A DNA stretch of 63,942 nt, filler included, from Octopus bimaculoides (taxonomy: Eukaryota), in the NCBI RefSeq assembly GCF_001194135.2. It is 5 parts of 5 records of this genome, joined end to end, with 100 filler letters (N's around TTAATTAATTAA, not from the genome) between each part and the next. Parts side by side here need not be neighbours in the genome. Positions count along the whole stretch, not along the records: positions 29,717 to 52,060 come from NC_069003.1; 4 more parts are not named here. One strand, given 5' to 3'. Below, one piece after another: positions 36,276 through 49,869 of the stretch. Numbering within the stretch: the first letter of the stretch is position 1; each line of letters begins with the position of its first letter. The notes beneath the pieces were generated by a model. The model worked only from the letters and a program-made list of their open reading frames with translations. It was not told the origin of the DNA and ran no database searches. The translations under genes were made by a program, and so were the position numbers.

Positions 36276-38490
36276 ATAAAGCTAAGCATTCATTGTATAT
36301 AATTAACCTGTTTACTACTATTGCTTGCGCAAACATATCCTTCCGAGGAACACCAATTGGTAAATGTGATGCAGCAACAGATCGCTGATCGTTTATATAT
36401 TTCATTATATTGTTAACAACAGTTTACAATTAAATTTTCGATAAAATTTTATTTCCCAGTATATTTCGATGTTTTTACGACAGATTTTATGTAATAAGTT
36501 ACTAGAGGACCAACGACTAATGAGAAAGACCTTACTTCTGCTGATGGCTGGTAAGAATGCAGAAACGTTTGCAGTTGTTGTCTCCTTGCTTATTTGATAA
36601 GATAATATTTTGTCAGTCACCACATTTAACCCTACTATGATTACTTGATATTAAAAAATATTGAAAATAACCCTTACAATTACCTCCTTTAAAAATACTT
36701 ATAACATTCATACACATTCATCCACGTACATTTTCTCTTCTCTTTCTCTCTCTAACTTTTTATGTTTACTTTTCCCCTATAGCTCCGCCTTTCTCTTCCT
36801 CTCTTTCACTCTTTCTCATCTCGCTGCTTTGATCATATCAGCTTGTCTCAAAGCTTTTCTTTCTTCGTTTTTTTTTTCACTCCTTTCTTTCTTTCTTTCT
36901 TTCTATCTATCGTCTGTATGCTTCCCACCATGACTATCCTATCCATGATTTCTCTTTAATTTCCTTCCCACGTCGTCTCGCTCGTCTCTATATCGCTCAT
37001 TTTTTCTTGTTACACTTTTTCTTACCCTTACTAACCTTCTCTTTCCTTCTCATAAATTTATGTTTTCTTTTACTTCTCAGACACACTTTCTTCCCGCCTT
37101 CTCTGCTCTATCTTCCTCCGATTCTCGTGTGTGCGTGTGTGTGAGTGTGTCTGTGTGTGCATGTGTGTGTTCAGTTATTAGTATCGCATACCTAAGCGAA
37201 ATATTAGAATATATATATAACCATATATATAGGTGTATTTATGCATGTAGCTATGAATATATATATATAAGTATATAAGTAAGTAGAATCTACAACTATC
37301 GAAATATGTTTCTATATATCTCAAATAATATTAATCCAAACTTGTTTATGTCTAAGACAAACTTTCGCCTATAACATACAACAAAATTATGAATGTATAT
37401 AATTAAGTATCAGAGTNNNNNNNNNNNNNNNNNNNNNNNNNNNNNNNNNNNNNNNNNNNNNNNNNNNNNNNNNNNNNNNNNNNNNNNNNNNNNNNNNNNN
37501 NNNNNNNNNNNNNNNNNNNNNNNNNNNNNNNNNNNNNNNNNNNNNNNNNNNNNNNNNNNNNNNNNNNNNNNNNNNNNNNNNNNNNNNNNNNNNNNNNNNN
37601 NNNNNNNNNNNNNNNNNNNNNNNNNNNNNNNNNNNNNNNNNNNNNNNNNNNNNNNNNNNNNNNNNNNNNNNNNNNNNNNNNNNNNNNNNNNNNNNNNNNN
37701 NNNNNNNNNNNNNNNNNNNNNNNNNNNNNNNNNNNNNNNNNNNNNNNNNNNNNNNNNNNNNNNNNNNNNNNNNNNNNNNNNNNNNNNNNNNNNNNNNNNN
37801 NNNNNNNNNNNNNNNNNNNNNNNNNNNNNNNNNNNNNNNNNNNNNNNNNNNNNNNNNNNNNNNNNNNNNNNNNNNNNNNNNNNNNNNNNNNNNNNNNNNN
37901 NNNNNNNNNNNNNNNNNNNNNNNNNNNNNNNNNNNNNNNNNNNNNNNNNNNNNNNNNNNNNNNNNNNNNNNNNNNNNNNNNNNNNNNNNNNNNNNNNNNN
38001 NNNNNNNNNNNNNNNNNNNNNNNNNNNNNNNNNNNNNNNNNNNNNNNNNNNNNNNNNNNNNNNNNNNNNNNNNNNNNNNNNNNNNNNNNNNNNNNNNNNN
38101 NNNNNNNNNNNNNNNNNNNNNNNNNNNNNNNNNNNNNNNNNNNNNNNNNNNNNNNNNNNNNNNNNNNNNNNNNNNNNNNNNNNNNNNNNNNNNNNNNNNN
38201 NNNGAATATATATATAACCATATATATAGGTGTATTTATGCATGTAGCTATGAATATATATATATAAACAACAGTGACATCGTCCTTTACCAGACTACCA
38301 CGTTATGTTGGCATATAATCATTACTATCCGGTACTTTTACTATATTTCTCTCGCTCAGAGATTTAAAACATGTTGTTTTTCTCGATACAAGATCAGCGA
38401 GATCAGCGACTGTGTGTCGCTTAAAGAAAAAAGCTGCTTAAATAAACAAATTCTATAATTTGCGAGTGAAGATAGCTTTTGCCACTAGCT

Positions 38491-38549
38491 GGTGATTGTC
38501 TCACACTGAGGACGGGTAACATCCAGAAATCTAGGTCTGTGAGTATCAC
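38491..38549 (+). ncRNA. Type I hammerhead ribozyme with canonical core
   Basis: CTCACA-CTGAGGA-C-GGGT-AAC-ATCC-A-GAAA-TCTAG-GTC-TGTGAG: 6-bp stem I extended by GTGAT/ATCAC across an internal loop, near-palindromic ATCTAGGT stem III, predicted cut after C38537; C-A mismatch at the base of stem II. Confidence 0.75.
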
Positions 38550-39394
38550 ATAAGGCTAGAGATGGGAACGATGACCTCCTTGCAAATGCTATATATATGG
38601 ACACAGACTGTGTGTCATTAGCCAGCTGGAAAAGATGTTTTCCTATGGCTAAAACAACAGTAACATCGTCCTTTACAGGACTGCCACGTTATGTTTGCAT
38701 ATAAACATTACTATGTATATAAACAATAAATTAGAGAGATACAAATGACAATCTAATAATTTATTTATATTATAATATAACATAATAGACTATGAATATA
38801 AGACAATATAACATAACAAACAATTATTTAAAAAACCAAAAAAGCCAACTATTTGTTTCGACTTATATACATATTTTAATATATATATATAAACAATTCA
38901 ATTCCCTTATATATAAACCTCAGCAGGGTAATTATTGTGTAGAAAGACGAAATGCCGTGTGAAAGAATTTCTGGATTGTAAAATAATTAATTCAAATGCC
39001 TTCGTATTTTGAGCGTGTACATCAGCAGTTCAACTATATATCAATTACATTAAAAATTTAAAAACAACAAAATTATAACGGACAAAATAAGTAAGTAGAA
39101 TCTACAACTATCGAAATATGTTTCTATATATCTCAAATAATATTAATCCTAACTTGTTTATTATGTCTAAGACAAACTTTCGCCTATAACATACAACAAA
39201 ATTATGAATGTATATAATTAAGTATCAGAGTCTTACATAATCTAGAAACTGTAATAAAACATGTAACATATAACTCTTCTGTTTATTTAAAGTTATTGAT
39301 ATTAAAAAGCTGCTTAAATAAACAAATATAAAGTGTTCTATATTTGTTGTTTATCGGAAGGAGAATACCGTAATAAATATGAATAGAAACTTAA

Positions 39395-39755
39395 TAGGAG
39401 TGGCTGTGTGGTAAGTAGCTTACTTACCAACCACATGATTCCGGGTTCAGTCCCACTGCGTGGCACCTTGGGCAAGTGTCTTCTACTATAACCTCGAGCC
39501 GACCAAAGCGTTCTGAGTGGATTTGGTAGACCGAAACTGAAAGAAGCCGTCATATATGTGTGTGTTTGTCCCCCAACATCACTTGACAACCGATGCTGGT
39601 GTGTTTACGTCCCCGTAACTTAGCAGTTCTGCAAAAGAGGCCGATAGAATAAGTACTAGGCTAACAAAGAATAAGTACTGGGTCGATTTTTTCGACTAAA
39701 GGCGGTGCTTCAGCATGGCCGCAGTCAAATGATTGAAACAAGTAAAAGAATAAAA
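39395..39755 (+). mobile_element. SINE family A, full length
   Basis: GGAGTGGCTGTGTGGTAAGTAGCTT...GGTTCAGTCCCACTGCGTGGCACCTTGGGCAAG...ATGATTGAAACAAGTAAAAGAATAAAA. Confidence 0.92.
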
Positions 39756-40213
39756 TAACAACAACCTTTTTTGTTTACTTCATTTATCGTAGGGTGAATT
39801 CCATAATAAATATGTAGATAAATTTAGAGCTACAAATACTATTATAAAAATATCCCATATATATAGATTATGGCTATTATAATGGATATCAAAATATTGC
39901 TAGTTTTTTAGAAGTAACGAGATTTGAAGTTACTTAAATAAGGATTATTATTCGTATATTTTTGAAGGGAGAACTCAGTAAATGAAAATTAAGTAATATA
40001 AATAGAAAAGGTTAGAGTATTAGTCCTCAATAGATATAATTGATATTATGATTTAATTAAAGGACCATATATAATGCATATCCAAATTTTGTTAATTGTT
40101 TCATAAGTAATAAAATAATATTGTTGTAATAAGAATACAAGTTATAAACAATACAATACTGTATTAATTGTTATTGTGGTTATTAAATTTAGTTAGTAAG
40201 TTAAATAAAACTA

Positions 40214-40267
<54 letters not shown>

Positions 40268-40599
40268 CATTATTATCATCATCAATTAATTAATAAATTA
40301 AATGAATGTATTTATACATATAATCATTTAGTATAATGAAGACATCGTATTTGTAATATGTAATTAATAATCAAATTACTAATATAATGATGTATTTTAC
40401 AGTAACTACAAGAATATGCACTAAAAGGATTCAAATTTCTGTATTAAACTGCTAAAAAAATAATTTTCAAAATTCAAAATTATTATGTAGAATCTATATA
40501 ATCTATAGTATAGATTAAGATCACAAAACTTAAAGAGATACATATATACGCATACACATATCTACACATATATATATATATATATATTTGTTTTGCAAG

Positions 40600-40825
40600 A
40601 TTTTTGATGTGAAATCGTGTGTTGAAACAGATGTTGTTGTCATCAGTTCTGTACCAGCACGCTGAGCAAGAACATAGAGGCTCAATCAACAACATAGAAA
40701 TTAAAATCTTATCTACACATAGCAGTGATGCAGCACTTAGACAAATTACTGAAGCTACACACATAATAGAAGAGAAACCTAGCCTGAATAGGAAACTAGA
40801 ATGGAACACTAACACACACCACTAA
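40600..40825 (+). mobile_element. C-terminal half of a PLE-type GIY-YIG endonuclease (second PLE family)
   Basis: SSVLYQHAEQEHRGSINNIEIKILSTHSSDAALRQITEATHIIEEKPSLNRKLEWN. Confidence 0.6.
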
Positions 40826-42269
40826 CAAACCACAAACCACAGCATGTGACAACATGTTACCCATAAACCAATAATAATATGAACAAAGTATAATACAATA
40901 CATAGNNNNNNNNNNNNNNNNNNNNNNNNNNNNNNNNNNNNNNNNNNNNNNNNNNNNNNNNNNNNNNNNNNNNNNNNNNNNNNNNNNNNNNNNNNNNNNN
41001 NNNNNNNNNNNNNNNNNNNNNNNNNNNNNNNNNNNNNNNNNNNNNNNNNNNNNNNNNNNNNNNNNNNNNNNNNNNNNNNNNNNNNNNNNNNNNNNNNNNN
41101 NNNNNNNNNNNNNNNNNNNNNNNNNNNNNNNNNNNNNNNNNNNNNNNNNNNNNNNNNNNNNNNNNNNNNNNNNNNNNNNNNNNNNNNNNNNNNNNNNNNN
41201 NNNNNNNNNNNNNNNNNNNNNNNNNNNNNNNNNNNNNNNNNNNNNNNNNNNNNNNNNNNNNNNNNNNNNNNNNNNNNNNNNNNNNNNNNNNNNNNNNNNN
41301 NNNNNNNNNNNNNNNNNNNNNNNNNNNNNNNNNNNNNNNNNNNNNNNNNNNNNNNNNNNNNNNNNNNNNNNNNNNNNNNNNNNNNNNNNNNNNNNNNNNN
41401 NNNNNNNNNNNNNNNNNNNNNNNNNNNNNNNNNNNNNNNNNNNNNNNNNNNNNNNNNNNNNNNNNNNNNNNNNNNNNNNNNNNNNNNNNNNNNNNNNNNN
41501 NNNNNNNNNNNNNNNNNNNNNNNNNNNNNNNNNNNNNNNNNNNNNNNNNNNNNNNNNNNNNNNNNNNNNNNNNNNNNNNNNNNNNNNNNNNNNNNNNNNN
41601 NNNNNNNNNNNNNNNNNNNNNNNNNNNNNNNNNNNNNNNNNNNNNNNNNNNNNNNNNNNNNNNNNNNNNNNNNNNNNNNNNNNNNNNNNNNNNNNNNNNN
41701 NNNNNNNNNNNNNNNNNNNNNNNNNNNNNNNNNNNNNNNNNNNNNNNNNNNNNNNNNNNNNNNNNNNNNNNNNNNNNNNNNNNNNNNNNNNNNNNNNNNN
41801 NNNNNNNNNNNNNNNNNNNNNNNNNNNNNNNNNNNNNNNNNNNNNNNNNNNNNNNNNNNNNNNNNNNNNNNNNNNNNNNTGTATGTATGTGTGTATATGT
41901 ATAAATATGTAAGTGCATATATATATATATGTATGTGTATATATGTCATAGGTGTATATATATGTATATATATGCGTGTGTGCTGCTTGCATGAATATAT
42001 CTGCGTATGTGTGTGTGTGTGTGTATGTAGATGTATGTATATATATATGTACATATATATACATATATATACACATATACGCACAAGCACATGCATATGC
42101 ATAATGACATATAATATCATCAGGTATAAATACAAACAACATATCCGATGAATACAAGTACATACATATATATGCACAAATATGATTATTGATATATACA
42201 CATACATGTACACGCATAAATGGATACATACGAGTGCAAATATACACACTGGAATTTTCTAAACACATT

Positions 42270-43500
42270 TAGAATGGTGTGTACAAGATAGAACACTTGC
42301 ATGTCTTTCATTAAGCTATGATGTCAATAACTGATACAATTCATCTATAGATAGGTTGCATCTAGCATCATTAATTTTGTACGAACCAATCTATGTCGTA
42401 TAATTTTTTACTATCCTTCAATTTCAAAATTAGTTTACATAGACTAGTACTGTTAAATTCATCTATATTCCTAAATGTGCAAGCCATTTTTTAATAAAAT
42501 TTTCCGTTGACCTTATGTAATAATAATTTTTTCGTTCTGTATCCACCGTACATCTATATACAATATTGTTCTGTAAACAAAAATTATTAAAATAACATTT
42601 ATCCTTATATCTACAACCACAATTTCTAGCTAGATCATTCTCTGTAATTGTATTATTGCTTCTATTATTATAAAAATTATCTAAACGTTTATTATTAAAT
42701 GAAGAGATATTACTAAACAAACTTGTAGATACTGAAAACCCTATTCTAATCCTTTTACTATTAATTATTTTCTAATATTTATGCTTTTTATTAAAGTGCT
42801 TAGATATAAATCTGTAAAATAGCTTGACTAAATTGGTTTTTATTTGTCGTGCGCAAGGACTGATATACCAGATATAATTATCTTTATTATAATTAACATA
42901 ATTCGGTGTATCTGGGTTGGCATATGGCGTGTACTTACAAATAAATTGGATACAGTTCTGTTATTAAATCCATTCACTTCGTTGTGAAATACCTTTCCAT
43001 TATTATAGTAAAAATTTACAATATACTATTTTATTCTAATATTATGCATTTTAAGGGCATCATTATTAAAGATTTCCTCATTTGAGGATAAATAAGAAAC
43101 ACGTCTCGGAATGTTATTAACCAAAGTTCTTGTGATCGCTTTAGGATGGTTACTATGAACGTTTATATATTTTAAATTATTGTTGTGTTTATGATACGGT
43201 CTGTATAGGACAAGAAGGTTCAGATTAACATCCAGATAATCAAATGAATCATGTTCATTTTCTATAGAGATAGTTAAACCAAACCTTTTAAATAAATTAT
43301 GGAATTTTCTCACATATAGGCTTATGTTTCTATTGAATTGACTATTAATCAAAAACAGTGCATCATCTCCATAGAATCCACCTCTCTATTTAATTTATTG
43401 TTTATAATTTGCATTATACCCATATTCTTGTGGTAGTCAACCGACGTACCAGGGAATTGGGTGTTTTACACACCCCTTTGAATGAATTTTTCCTTTGGTT
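42270..43500 (-). mobile_element. Degenerate Penelope-like element, RT followed by C-terminal GIY-YIG (third PLE family, Nematis-like by inference)
   Basis: GFYGDDALFL (YxDD); FDYLDVNLNL..YRPYHKHNNNLKYINVHSNHPKAI..RRVSYLSSNEEIFN; NCGCRYKDKCYFNNFCLQNNIVYRCTV..YYIRSTENF; TSLCKLILKLK..W..CNLS..LNER..SCTH. Confidence 0.85.
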
Positions 43501-43508
43501 TGTTACCT

Positions 43509-43559
<51 letters not shown>

Positions 43560-43676
43560 TAATAAAATGAATAGTTTACACGTGGTAATTTACTGGTAAA
43601 GCACGATCACTTTCACAGTGTTCCTTATGTATATGATAAATGCATGATGGAAGATACTAGAATTTTTATTATTAAT

Positions 43677-43723
43677 CACGACAATTGTTTCGACACATTC
43701 AGCATCGATCCTTCACGGGTGGG
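43677..43723 (-). ncRNA. Decayed hammerhead-like motif upstream of the PLE RT
   Basis: CAC-CCGTGA-AGGATC-GATGC-TGAAT-GTGTC-GAAAC-AATT-GTC-GTG: palindromic stem III and GUC intact, CUGANGA box not canonical. Confidence 0.3.
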
Positions 43724-43953
43724 ACACTTAACAACTGGTTGAGGAGCATCCGGCCGTGCAGATGTTTATACATCCATATCTGTTAACGGTTATTTTAAAT
43801 ACTTTTCCCACTGTACTGCGTGTTCGTTTCTTTTTTGCATCTGTGATTTTATTTTTGAACTTCTATATAAATGAAGATATTTCTTTCATTTTACTGCTTT
43901 TCGCTAACTCTGTTTCTCTATCTCTCACCATTAATCTTTTCCACTATTTTCAG

Positions 43954-44086
43954 ATGAAAATCAACGCGCTGACCTGTATCAAGAAATTGCTGGACAGTCT
44001 AGACAAGATGATTATTCTAGACGAAGTCCTGCCCTTCCTCACCGAGATCTCTTGCCAGGACGCTGAGGTGGTCATGAGTATCGTCG
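43954..44086 (+). CDS. SCYL2: Internal coding exon of a SCY1-like protein 2 family pseudokinase gene (HEAT-repeat region)
   Basis: Pyrimidine-rich TTTTCAG acceptor and G|GTACAG donor; 133 nt (phase 0 to 1) encoding MKINALTCIKKLLDSLDKMIILDEVLPFLTEISCQDAEVVMSIV(G), aligning without gaps to the recalled SCYL2 segment VRVNSLVCLGKILEYLDKWFVLDDILPFLQQIPSKEPAVLMGILG (19/45 identical). Confidence 0.75.
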
Positions 44087-45088
44087 GTACAGTAATCCTC
44101 CATTTTCTTATCTTCCATTTATGAAGTTTTCAAATATCTACATTAGCCAACACAAATCCGTATGCTTACATGAACATGTTTATATATGTGTGTGAGTGTG
44201 TGTGTTTGTGTGTGGGTGTGGGTGTATATATGCATGTATGTATATATATACATATTTTAAAGTCTTTGTGAGATTAACAAAGTATAAAGAACATGTTTTT
44301 CAAACGTTGTAAATTCTTTATTAGAAGGTCACTAAACTTTTTAGAAGTGTCTTTCTAGTGTGTGAGAGCGCTTATATNNNNNNNNNNNNNNNNNNNNNNN
44401 NNNNNNNNNNNNNNNNNNNNNNNNNNNNNNNNNNNNNNNNNNNNNNNNNNNNNNNNNNNNNNNNNNNNNNNNNNNNNNNNNNNNNNNNNNNNNNNNNNNN
44501 NNNNNNNNNNNNNNNNNNNNNNNNNNNNNNNNNNNNNNNNNNNNNNNNNNNNNNNNNNNNNNNNNNNNNNNNNNNNNNNNNNNNNNNNNNNNNNNNNNNN
44601 NNNNNNNNNNNNNNNNNNNNNNNNNNNNNNNNNNNNNNNNNNNNNNNNNNNNNNNNNNNNNNNNNNNNNNNNNNNNNNNNNNNNNNNNNNNNNNNNNNNN
44701 NNNNNNNNNNNNNNNNNNNNNNNNNNNNNNNNNNNNNNNNNNNNNNNNNNNNNNNNNNNNNNNNNNNNNNNNNNNNNNNNNNNNNNNNNNNNNNNNNNNN
44801 NNNNNNNNNNNNNNNNNNNNNNNNNNNNNNNNNNNNNNNNNNNNNNNNNNNNNNNNNNNNNNNNNNNNNNNNNNNNNNNNNNNNNNNNNNNNNNNNNNNN
44901 NNNNNNNNNNNNNNNNNNNNNNNNNNNNNNNNNNNNNNNNNNNNNNNNNNNNNNNNNNNNNNNNNNNNNNNNNNNNNNNNNNNNNNNNNNNNNNNNNNNN
45001 NNNNNNNNNNNNNNNNNNNNNNNNNNNNNNNNNNNNNNNNNNNNNNNNNNNNNNNNNNNNNNNNNNNNNNNNNNNNNNNNNNNNNNNN

Positions 45089-45124
<36 letters not shown>

Positions 45125-45130
<6 letters not shown>

Positions 45131-47260
45131 TATCATATTTATCTTTTATCTTTTATGAGTTTCAGCCAGAGGGTGAGGCCATTTTTAAGCACCGCCTTTA
45201 TTGCGTCCAGTATTGCTTCTGGTGAAGTAGCGAATGCCTCCTGCTGCGATGTGCGTTCATCCGGTATTGCAGATAAAAAACTATCTAGACGTTTTTTGAA
45301 GACTTTCATGTCTACACCTCGCAGATCACTGATGTTCTGTGGTAGGGCATTAAAATTTGTGGTCCCTTGAACCACAAGCTATTACAATATTGGGTTCGTA
45401 TCCTCGATGGAGAAAATGGGACCCTTGGTACTCTGCAGTACCGTCCAATTCGGAGATTATTGTAGATTTCGATTCCGAAATTTGGAGCTAGACCCTCCAT
45501 TATTTTCCATATGTATAGCACTGCATATCTCTCACGTCTCCTCTCTAAGGAGTAGAGTCCCAATTCCTTCAACCTCTCCTAGTAGTCCATGTGTTTTATT
45601 GAGTTTATCTTCTTTGTGTAGTGGCGTTGGATCGCTTTTCGTTCCGCAATTAGTTTTACATTCTGTGGAGACCACAGTTTGGAGCAGTAGTCCAGACGAC
45701 TGAGGACAAAAGTTCTCCAAAGCAGAAGCATTGTGTCTCTGTTCCTGGTCCTGAATNNNNNNNNNNCCGCCTGCATAGTGTTGCCATCTGAGAAAGTTGC
45801 GCCGTTACTCATGTGGATTCCTAGGTCACTCACCGTCTCTAACTCTGGGATTACATTGCCTGCTGGTCCCGTATACTTCAGCTGTTGTCTGTTTGTGGGC
45901 TGATAGCCAAGTGCTTGAAATTTTGCGTCATTGAACTGCATATTATTCTCATCGGCCCATTTATATATTGCGTGCAAGTCATTCTGCAGCCTTAGGATAT
46001 CAGTAGGATCCTTTTCCGCCTGCGATACTTTGTATCATCGTCATAGCTGGTGAGTGCGGCTGACTCTATGGCTGAGAGCATGTCCGAGAGGACAACTACA
46101 AATAGTAGTGGTCCCAGAACTGTTCCCTGGGGGACTCCACTGAGGATTGGTGTCACTTCAGAGAAAGCACCATTTGCTGTGACAGCCTGACTTCTTCGTG
46201 TCAGGAAATCATGCAGCCACTCTCCCAGTCTACTGGCGTGGTCATGTAATTTGTGACATATCATCCCATGATCGACTTTGTCAAAGGCCTTGACAAAGTC
46301 GAGATATATCACGTCCGCATTTGAATGGTTGAGCTGTTGTTTTAGTATCCAGTCGAAGTGCTGTAGTAGCTGTGTTAGACAGCTCCTTCCAGGATGGAAT
46401 CCATGTTGCATGTCAGTAAGCAAGTCATTTTCCTCTAGGAACGAGGTCAGTCTTTTCCTGACAATGTGTTCTATGATCTTACTGACATGTGAGGTCTGTC
46501 GTTTATAGCATCTGCTCTGCTTCTTCCCTTGTGGACAGGGCAGATTATTCCTTCTTTTAACGTTTGAGGAAATGTACCGCATTCAAGGGTACTCTAGAAA
46601 AGCATTTGCTGGGAGTCCACCTGGGCCTGTTGCAGTGTTTGAGTTTATCTCATCAATGGCGGACAATACATCCTCTTCTGTAATGTCAATGTAATTGATG
46701 GTCACCTTTTTCTCTTATAGGTTAGAGGTGCTGAAGAACTTGTCAGGTCTACTTATATTCATGTTTTCTAGTGAGGAGGTGAAAACACTTTAAAATTGTT
46801 TGAGTGCTTCACTTATCCTCTTGAGGTCTGCAGTCAGTGAGCTCTTTTCATCAAATAGTGGCCCTATCCTGTGTCGCACTGAGGCAGACTATTTTGCGAA
46901 CTTGTAGAAAGCTTTAGAGTTTCTTTTTGTATTTTCCACCGCCCTGGCTTCTCTGTTTACCCTTTCTTTTTCATGGGAGAGTCTGATTTTATTCTCAGTC
47001 TCTAAGAGCACCATTTTGAGGTAGGGATTATTTAAGCGATTCAAGATCTTTATCCTCAGTCTCATTAGGATTCTTCTATCTCGGGTAATAATGTTCTTAT
47101 GTGTGGTGGCTTTCTTTTTTGGGACAAATTTAACGCATATGGCTCGTATTATTCAAATGAATTCGTTGAATTTAATGTCAGTGTCTTGTATGGACACACT
47201 TTTTAAGTCGGTTTTGCTAGAGTATCTCTTTGTAGAAGTTCGGGTTGGCTCGCACTTGGC
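45125..47260 (-). mobile_element. 5'-truncated CR1/L2-group LINE, degenerate ORF2 (RT)
   Basis: QHGFHPGRSCLTQLL, VIYLDFVKAFDKVDHG, SGVPQGTVLGPLLF, SYDDDTK, LSRLDYCSKLWSP, ELGLYSLERRRERY; (ATAAAAG)n-like tail. Confidence 0.92.
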
Positions 47261-47299
47261 TAATATATATATGTATATATATATACAATAGCCAAGTTC

Positions 47300-47489
47300 G
47301 AGCTTCATTCATTTGACTGTGGTCATGCTAGAGCACCACCGTTAGTCGACCCCAGGACTTATTCTTTGTAAGCCTAGTACTTATTCTATCGGACTCTTTT
47401 ACCGAACCGCTAGTTTAGGGAGACGTAAGTACACCAACATCGATTGTCAAGTGTTAGTGGGGGACAAACACAGACACACAAGCATACAT

Positions 47490-47538
<49 letters not shown>

Positions 47539-47966
47539 NNNNNNNNNNNNNNNNNNNNNNNNNNNNNNNNNNNNNNNNNNNNNNNNNNNNNNNNNNNNNN
47601 NNNNNNNNNNNNNNNNNNNNNNNNNNNNNNNNNNNNNNNNNNNNNNNNNNNNNNNNNNNNNNNNNNNNNNNNNNNNNNNNNNNNNNNNNNNNNNNNNNNN
47701 NNNNNNNNNNNNNNNNNNNNNNNNNNNNNNNNNNNNNNNNNNNNNNNNNNNNNNNNNNNNNNNNNNNNNNNNNNNNNNNNNNNNNNNNNNNNNNNNNNNN
47801 NNNNNNNNNNNNNNNNNNNNNNNNNNNNNNNNNNNNNNNNNNNNNNNNNNNNNNNNNNNNNNNNNNNNNNNNNNNNNNNNNNNNNNNNNNNNNNNNNNNN
47901 NNNNNNNNNNNNNNNNNNNNNNNNNNNNNNNNNNNNNNNNNNNNNNNNNNNNNATATATGTTATAT

Positions 47967-48058
<92 letters not shown>

Positions 48059-48289
48059 AAAGATAAACAAGAGTGAAAATATATATATATTCTTTTATTC
48101 TCTTCCTTGTTTCAGTCATTTGACGGCGGCCATATTAGAGTACCGCCTTTAGTCTAATAAATCAGCCCCACGATTTATTCTTTGTATTCTTATGCTATCG
48201 TAACCGCTATGTTACGGGTACATAAGCACACCAGCATCGGTTGTCAAGCTATGGTGGTGGGGAGACAAACACAGACACGCAAATACATA

Positions 48290-48323
<34 letters not shown>

Positions 48324-48480
48324 CGATGAGCTTCTTTTAGTTTCCATCTATCAAATCCACTCACAAGGATTTGGTCGGTCTGAGGCTATAGTAGAAAACA
48401 CCTGTCCAAGGTGTCACGCAGTGGGATTGCAACCGGAACCATGTGTTTGGGAAGGAAGCTTCTTACCACACAGCCACTCT
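47300..48480 (-). mobile_element. Two SINE family A copies flanking a gap (47300-47500 partial; 48085-48480)
   Basis: Family A body sequence. Confidence 0.85.
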
Positions 48481-49644
48481 TGTTTTTTTTGTATATATGT
48501 AATTATATATATATATACGTAAGTGTATATATGTGTGTGTGTGTGTGTGTAAGCATATGTATGTAAGTATATATATATATATAGGTGCAATCAATGGGAG
48601 CGGGTAAAAGTGGAGGTTTTACCCAAAATTTGTGTAACAATTAGAAAATGGAGGATAATATGCTGAACCCAACTACTTGCAGACGGTGTATCCCGTTGAA
48701 TTCATTAATTTAATTCATAGCANNNNNNNNNNNNNNNNNNNNNNNNNNNNNNNNNNNNNNNNNNNNNNNNNNNNNNNNNNNNNNNNNNNNNNNNNNNNNN
48801 NNNNNNNNNNNNNNNNNNNNNNNNNNNNNNNNNNNNNNNNNNNNNNNNNNNNNNNNNNNNNNNNNNNNNNNNNNNNNNNNNNNNNNNNNNNNNNNNNNNN
48901 NNNNNNNNNNNNNNNNNNNNNNNNNNNNNNNNNNNNNNNNNNNNNNNNNNNNNNNNNNNNNNNNNNNNNNNNNNNNNNNNNNNNNNNNNNNNNNNNNNNN
49001 NNNNNNNNNNNNNNNNNNNNNNNNNNNNNNNNNNNNNNNNNNNNNNNNNNNNNNNNNNNNNNNNNNNNNNNNNNNNNNNNNNNNNNNNNNNNNNNNNNNN
49101 NNNNNNNNNNNNNNNNNNNNNNNNNNNNNNNNNNNNNNNNNNNNNNNNNNNNNNNNNNNNNNNNNNNNNNNNNNNNNNNNNNNNNNNNNNNNNNNNNNNN
49201 NNNNNNNNNNNNNNNNNNNNNNNNNNNNNNNNNNNNNNNNNNNNNNNNNNNNNNNNNNNNNNNNNNNNNNNNNNNNNNNNNNNNNNNNNNNNNNNNNNNN
49301 NNNNNNNNNNNNNNNNNNNNNNNNNNNNNNNNNNNNNNNNNNNNNNNNNNNNNNNNNNNNNNNNNNNNNNNNNNNNNNNNNNNNNNNNNNNNNNNNNNNN
49401 NNNNNNNNNNNNAAGGGCAAAGGAAAAAATCCTCTGCCAATATGCTGAAAAATAGACTTTAGATCGTCTCACCACATACAATATTTTTCACTATAAATAT
49501 ACAGCGTGTTGAAACGAAGAAACCATTGATCAGCTTTGGTAGGGTTGTACCTATTCGATTTATTAATTTTATTTACCTTCGTATTATAATTGCTAACAGT
49601 GACTTTATTGGTTCTTTTAGGTGAATTATTATTATTATTCTCAT

Positions 49645-49706
<62 letters not shown>

Positions 49707-49869
49707 ATGTTATCATAGCTAATGTTATTAATGATATTATTATGAACCTTATTGTTCTACCTACTAATTTTATTATTACTACTATTATTATTATTGTTAT
49801 TCTTATTATTTTTGTGATTATTATTATAGACATTTTGCCTATTATTACTATCATTATAATTATAGATAA

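Noticed and set aside
37208-39231. Duplicated blocks around the 37417-38204 gap (37208-37267 vs 38205-38267; 37277-37416 vs 39088-39231)
   Set aside because: Near-identical and adjacent to a gap, so allelic or scaffolding redundancy cannot be excluded.
43756-44124. 122-aa ORF as a single-exon gene
   Set aside because: Only 43954-44086 is homologous and bounded by splice sites; the rest is intronic read-through.
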